Below, piece by piece: positions 10,301 to 14,967 of a stretch of DNA of 14,967 nucleotides; position 1 is the first letter of the stretch, and every line of letters starts with the position of its first letter. The notes beneath the pieces were generated by a model. It made no database searches, was not told the DNA's origin, and was given only the letters and a program-made list of their open reading frames with translations. The translations under genes were made by a program, and so were the position numbers. The stretch is from Fonticula alba ATCC 38817 (taxonomy: Eukaryota; Protista; Nucleariida): the NCBI GenBank assembly GCA_000388065.2, contig KB932211.1. The stretch is one strand, 5' to 3'.

Positions 10301-12127
10301 CATGGGCACGGCGTGCGGCCCCGCGCCGGCCGTCGGGCTGACCGGGCTCGAGTGCCGGCGGGCGTTTGCCCGGAAGCGGACCCGGCTATGGCCGTGGCCC
10401 CCGGCGGCATGGTACCCCGGGCGGTGGTGGTGGTGGTGGTGGTGCTGCTGCTGCTGCTGCGATCGGCCCTCGAGCGAGGTCCCCTCGTGGAAGCGCTTCT
10501 GCATGGGTAGCGGGTCGTGCTCGGGGCCGAGACCAAGGATCACCTCCTCCAGCACCCCGAACACCCCCTTGCAGGGGGAGTACTCGTACAGGTCGCGGAA
10601 GTGGGCCAGCAGCGCGGCATCCCGCCGGGGGGGCGGCATGCTGCCCAGGAGAAGCCCCTGCAGGGGGGAGCTGGCCGTGGCCGTGGCCGTGGCCGACGAT
10701 GGCAGCGCCGGCGGCGCCGGCGGCGGCCCGGCCAGATTCAGGCCGACCAGCGCCTCGAAGGCGGCCCGCGACTCATTGCCCAGGGCGAGGAGAATGCGCT
10801 CGGCAATTTGCTCCGGCGACATGCGCAGGCCGGCACTGGCGGCGATCCACCCGGCCAGGTGCAGCAATTGCGCCTCGGTGGTGGTGAGCGGCGCGAAGAG
10901 GATGAACGTGGCGCTGAAGATGTCCGCGTCCTGGGGCTCCACCAGGACGGCCAGATGCCCGGCCAGGGACATGGCCGCCTCCATGCTGAGGAAGGGGTTG
11001 ATGCTTGCCCGGGTGATGGTTTGGAGGATGGGCGCCACGCGGGCCGTGTATTCCATCCGCCGCGCGCCGCTGATGAGCGCATGGCGCAGGATGAAGTGCC
11101 GGTGGGGGCGCCACCGGCCGTCGATGTGCTCCAGCCCCGGGACACTGTAGATGGGGCCCAGACGCGCGTCCCACGCGCGCGACGGGGCCAGCGCCAGGTA
11201 CAGCTTGGCCGCCGAGTCCGGGGTCAGGGCCAGCCAGTTGAGCCGGCCATCGCCCGACGGGTGGGCCAGGATCATGGCCACCTCCTCCGGGCTGGTCGGC
11301 CGGCTGGTCGGGGTCGAGGTGAAGGGCCCGGCCGGCGGGGCATCCGCCGGGGGGGTGGCCAGGGCCTCGGCCGGCGGCCCGGCGCCCGCGTCCCCCGGCC
11401 CCGGGCCCAAGTTCAGCCGGTCGAAGGCACCCCGGAAGTCGGCGTCCCGAAGCAGGAGGAGGACCTCCCGCGGGGGGTGTCGCCCCCGGCGAAGGGCCTG
11501 CGACACCGGGCCGTACCCCACCTCCGGGTGGCGCTCGGCCATCAGCAGGGCCACCCGGTGGCGGTCTTGCGCCTCGCCATGGAAGCGCGCCACATGCTGG
11601 GCCATGCCGGCACGGGCCTCGGCCGTCAGCAGCCTCGGCAGCCAGAGGGCAATCTGTGCCGGGTCCACCGCCGCCAGGGAGGGCGGATGGCCGCCGGGCC
11701 CGGCCGACGGGGAGGCATTGACCATGGTGTCCAGCGGGGCCAGGGCCGCCTGCAGGTCGGGCCAAGCCTCGGCCAGGGCCAGGTAGCCCTCGACAAAGAG
11801 CCGGCTCGTCAGCAGGGGGTTGTGCGGGTTTTCGGCGACCATGATGCCGAGGAAGACGTGCGCGTCGAGGGCCAGCCCGAGGGCCGGCTCGGACGCCAGC
11901 CACCCCTCGACCAGGGCCTCGCGTGAGGTCGGCACCCCGGCGGCCAGGGCCAGCAGCCGGGCCAGCATATCGCACGCCGTGTCCAATGCCGGGTACTCGA
12001 AGTGGGCCGCGCCCACATGGAAAGGCAGCCCGGCGATCTGGATGACCATGTTCTCGCTGGCATGGAGCTGCCCCGGGGCCGGGCCGGCGCCGGCCGGCGG
12101 GGCGCCGCCATCCGGCAAGTCGCTCAT
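6287..12127 (-). CDS. Ty3/gypsy-derived polyprotein (N-terminal region-PR*-RT*-RNase H-polyQ-IN*), probably a domesticated host gene; 1844 aa after removing assembly duplications 9542-9672 and 9246-9420
   Basis: ORFs 9401..12127, 8790..10199 and 6287..9307 join into one frame when the two duplicated blocks (131+175 nt) are collapsed. Domain order PR-RT-RH-IN is that of Ty3/gypsy (Metaviridae). Codons are GC3-rich like the neighbouring uS2m gene. Confidence 0.85.
6290..6945 (-). other. Integrase domain: HHCC zinc finger intact, DDE triad lost
   Basis: HHDAHMDH-X29-CGHC; the core retains HLIVFDILS, EVFSSGRFTAFL, GSNIIVTRAV, FHNSQ and GFSPKAIVFG, but has G/A/T at the D/D/E positions. Confidence 0.85.
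7223..7462 (-). repeat. Coding trinucleotide/hexanucleotide repeat: (QS/QP)n followed by Q31
   Basis: Minus strand has (CAA)8(CAG)23 at 7223-7315, preceded by CAGTCG/CAGCCG hexamers at about 7316-7462, all in frame in the RH-IN linker. Confidence 0.95.
7820..8210 (-). other. Ty3/gypsy RNase H domain with intact acidic residues
   Basis: YIYSDASGDCVGAVLLQ, PIEFFSKAL, YPVHEKEMLGII, ITIFTDN, RWIARLEEF, GQDNPAADYLSR. Confidence 0.92.
8230..9060 (-). other. LTR-retrotransposon reverse transcriptase domain, degenerate active site
   Basis: EVLAAGVIEP, CMDLRALN, FTTLRLAHGVHHVPV, RLPAGLTHS, FFMEDIVVFS, CHFGLAQVEYLGF and ELRRFLG align colinearly with the RT_LTR consensus. Confidence 0.92.
9101..9420. 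repeat. Exact 145-bp duplication flanking an N gap (9101-9245 / 9276-9420), uncollapsed contig overlap
   Basis: Identical copies lie on either side of 29 Ns (9247-9275); collapsing them restores the reading frame. Confidence 0.92.
9542..9786. repeat. Exact 114-bp duplication (9542-9655 / 9673-9786), assembly artefact
   Basis: Identical copies separated only by adapter sequence. Confidence 0.93.
9656..9673 (+). other. Illumina TruSeq adapter read-through (assembly artefact)
   Basis: AGATCGGAAGAGCACACG is the start of the standard Illumina adapter. It lies exactly between two identical 114-bp copies. Confidence 0.97.
9690..9945 (-). other. Retropepsin-like aspartic protease domain, catalytic Asp replaced by Asn
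   Basis: VWMKFNSGADVSVIP matches the hhhD(S/T)GA motif with N at 9926-9928. Flap-like FRGLDG is present; the hhG motif reads IMLE. Confidence 0.75.
10424..10460 (-). repeat. Coding Q5H7 tract
   Basis: (CAG)5(CAC)7 in frame in ORF 9401..12127. Confidence 0.9.
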
Positions 12128-12427
12128 CTTGCTGCGCGGCGTCAGCGGCGGCCGGGCAGGAGGGGGAGAAAGGAGGGGAGGGGGGGGGGATGCCGGGGAA
12201 GGCAGGAGTTCCTGCCCCTGTGGCGCGTCGTGGCTTGGATGTGTCTGGGCGGGAGGAGATCGGGCGAAGTTGGTTGGTTGGGGGGATCTCCCTCGCGGGA
12301 GGGGGGGGGGGTGCCGAGCAACTCGCGTGCCCTTGTAGTCGCCGGTCTTGTTTGCGTTGGCAGATCAGCGAGGGGCATGGGGCCGATCCGCGACTGGTCC
12401 CCTCGGCCTCCTCCCCCTGGCGGATGC

Positions 12428-12458
12428 ACCCACCCGCCCACCCACCCACCCACCCGCC

Positions 12459-12492
<34 letters not shown>
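12428..12492. repeat. (CCCA)n-like tract followed by (CA)n microsatellite
   Basis: cacccacccgcccacccacccacc...cacacacaca. Confidence 0.9.
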
Positions 12493-12497
<5 letters not shown>

Positions 12498-12916
12498 ATT
12501 CACGCGTGCAGGGCACCGGAAGGTCATTGTCCCCCCTCTTCCGCGCGGCCGGCAGCGGGGCTGTCCCGGCGTGAAACGAGCGTGGGCGGGTGCCGCGACT
12601 CCGGTGTGGCGTGTGCTCGGAGAGCGAATGAGAGCAAGCGCCGTGGCCCCTCCCCTCTCTGGCCCGCCCCCGGTGCCCTCTTTTGGCGAGTCCCACCACC
12701 GCGCCCCTCGCCTGCGAAAACACAGCACCGGCAAAACTTCGATTATTAATGGGAAAAGGGAGGGAGATCGCATGCGCGCGCACGGCGGCGCCAGCTGTCT
12801 CTCTCTTGCGCGCCTTGGGAGCGGGACCCACACATCCGGAAGTGCGCGGAAGAACTACAGAAGGGGGGAGGAGAGAAGGTCAGAAAGAGAGAAAAGAAGA
12901 GGGGAGACGGGAGGCA

Positions 12917-12934
12917 GAGAGAGAGAGAGAGAGC
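12917..12934. repeat. (GA)n microsatellite
   Basis: agagagagagagagag within a purine-rich tract. Confidence 0.85.
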
Positions 12935-13433
12935 GAGCGAGAACAGGAGAGGAGGAGAATTTCCGGCGCGGCATGAGACGGGCGCGGGGAGGCCCCCACG
13001 CTCGTCGGAAAGAGCCGCGACGTGTGGATCTTGCACGAGACTCAAAGGCATAGTCACGGTCTAATCATTCCCCGTGAGGTATAGACCGCCGGCTTATTGT
13101 GCAACATGGATGGGGAGAGGCGGGAGGAAGAGTGGGCAGGAGGAGGGGCATATGTGCAGGGGGGCGAGCGAGGGGGGGCGGGGGGGAAGGGTGGGGAGAA
13201 GGCGCAGGGGCGCAAAAGAAGGGGCGTACAGGGAGGGCGGGGGGGCGGCCGGGCCAAGCGGAGTGGGTAGCCCGATGTGTGCCGGGACTGCCACCGGGCA
13301 CGCATATAAATACTCCCCGCCTGGGAGGTCCGCTGTGACCCATACACAGACACACACGCACACATGGGCGCACACCTCGCGCGGTGGTCTCCCCCTCCCC
13401 CTCGGATGGGCCGCCCCGAGGAGGGGGGCTGGG

Positions 13434-13463
13434 AGAAAAAAGAAAAAAAAAAGAAAAAAAAAA
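13434..13463. repeat. Interrupted poly-A tract
   Basis: agaaaaaagaaaaaaaaaagaaaaaaaaaa within GC-rich intergenic DNA. Confidence 0.85.
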
Positions 13464-13950
13464 GAGTGTGCAGTCGGGCGCCCGATCCGAGGGGGCGGGC
13501 GGACGGGCACAGGGTTTTCCCTGACGCCGCGGGACCGGGGGGAGGGGGGAAAAGTGACATCGGACCCGGAGAACCGATCGGGGCGAGCCGCTCGCCAGGC
13601 CACCATGGACGGGCATCTGTCCTGTTCTGTGGTGCCTGCCAGGGGAGCCGGCGCGAGGGATGCGGCCCCAGATTGTCGTTCTGGTGCGGCGTGGGGTTTA
13701 GGATTGGTGCGGGGCGTGATGCCGGACGGCGTGACGGCCGCCGTGCTCCGTCAGAACCCTCGCCGGTAACCCAGCGCGGCATCCCTCCGTTAACTCGACG
13801 GCTGAGTTCTATTTGCTGGGTACATGTTCCGCCCCCCATCTCTCGGGCATGGACCGGAGGCACGGGCCCAGAGGGCACAACAACAAGCACAGGGCAGAGG
13901 GCAGGGCAAACAAGGCAAGTGGCCAGCTCGGCCACCCCCCGGGCGAGGCG

Positions 13951-14967
13951 TCAAGCCAGATCAAAGCCCCCGCGGATGAGGTGACCCCCGCCGCCGATGC
14001 CGGCCGGTGCGTCGAGATCCCGGCACCCGGCCACCGCCGGATTCACCTGGCCACCTCCCTCGGACAGCAGCAGCACCAGGTCCCCATGCTGCAGGTCTAC
14101 CTCGATGGACCCGTCCCGAAGGGGGTCCATGCGGCAGAGCCCATGGGACCGGGGCGCCCGGCCGGATGTCCGCGGGAGGAGGACCTGCCCGGTGGCATCG
14201 GCCGGGGGCACCACAATGCGCACCGGTGAGCCACTGGCCGCGGTCCAGAGGACGAGCGTCAGCCCGGGGGCCTGCGGGCTGACCTTGGCCTCACTGGGGG
14301 GCGGGGCGGGGGGGGGGGGGGGCGCAGCGGGGCAATGTCGCCAAGCATGGGTCAACGGGTAAGTTACTGAGAGGCCTGAGGCGGGATGTGGGGCCGGGGG
14401 CCGCGAGGCGCATGCAGCAGATGGCGGCATGGGCCGGAGGGGGAAGCGCGCCCTCGGCCCATGCGGGGAGGCCGGCGCCCGAGGCGCGCGGTGCTCCCGC
14501 CAAGCGCGTACCGTTCGAGATCGGCCGCGCGCAGGGGATCGGCCGGGGGCCCGGCGCCGGCCAGCCCGGGCCCGGCCACCGGCACACAGCGCAGGGACTT
14601 GACCCGGTCCAGGGGGGCCGGCCAGTCGGATGTCGGGAAGAGGAGCTGCCGCACCCGGCGGAAGGCCAGGGTGCTGGCGGCTGGGGATGGCGGGCCCGGC
14701 GCACGGGCCAGCGCATGTCGGCCTGTGTCAGCAAGGCGCCGCGGGAGCCGAGCCAAGCCGGGGCATCATGGCACCGGCGGCCGGGGCAAGGCGTGGACGC
14801 GTCGGCGGGGGCGGGGGGGGGGGGCAGATGGAGGGCACGCACCGGGGTCCAGTTGCCGCGAGGCGGTGCCGGTGGTGGCCGAGCACCCGGCCTCCAGCCG
14901 GGGAAGCTCCTCCTGGGTGAACAGGCCGCGCACCAGCAGCGCGCGCGGCTCGGCCGCCGAGAGGAGC
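13951..14967 (-). CDS. 3' part of a spliced gene of unknown function; join(complement(14843..>14967, 14512..14722, 13951..14293))
   Basis: GC3-rich frame LLSAAEPRALLVRGLFTQEEL... Intron 14723-14842 (GTGCGT..CTGACACAG, phase 1) and intron 14294-14511 (GTACGC..poly-C-CAG, phase 2) join in frame to ...EVDLQHGDLVLLLSEG...GFDLA-TGA. Confidence 0.7.

Noticed and set aside
7169-11926. Long plus-strand ORFs (7169..9304, 8832..11150, 10517..11926, and 5967..6929 nearby)
   Set aside because: Antisense or alternative-frame shadows of the GC-rich retro-derived CDS; the translations are low-complexity or implausible.
6287-12127. Active autonomous LTR retrotransposon
   Set aside because: PR, RT and IN catalytic residues are substituted, and no LTRs or PPT were found.
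13305-13312. TATA-like TATAAATA
   Set aside because: It is on the plus strand with no supported plus-strand gene downstream.

Overview
GC-rich eukaryotic genomic window with spliceosomal introns, microsatellites and two N gaps. The style suggests a protist such as a Fonticula-like opisthokont, but the taxon cannot be confirmed from sequence alone. It holds three minus-strand genes. (1) 404-4451: a four-exon nuclear gene for mitochondrial ribosomal protein uS2m, with a presequence and an unrecognised C-terminal extension of about 870 aa (1141 aa total). (2) 6287-12127: a Ty3/gypsy-derived polyprotein (long N-terminal region, then PR-RT-RNase H-polyQ linker-IN). It becomes one open 1844-aa ORF once two assembly duplications, one carrying an Illumina adapter, are collapsed. 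The protease, RT and integrase catalytic residues are all substituted, while the RNase H acidic residues and the integrase HHCC zinc finger are intact. I found no LTRs or polypurine tract. This pattern fits a domesticated retrotransposon gene and is the main candidate for an undescribed system. (3) 13951->14967: the 3' part of a spliced gene of unknown function, possibly with a degenerate AlkB/2OG-Fe(II)-like fold.
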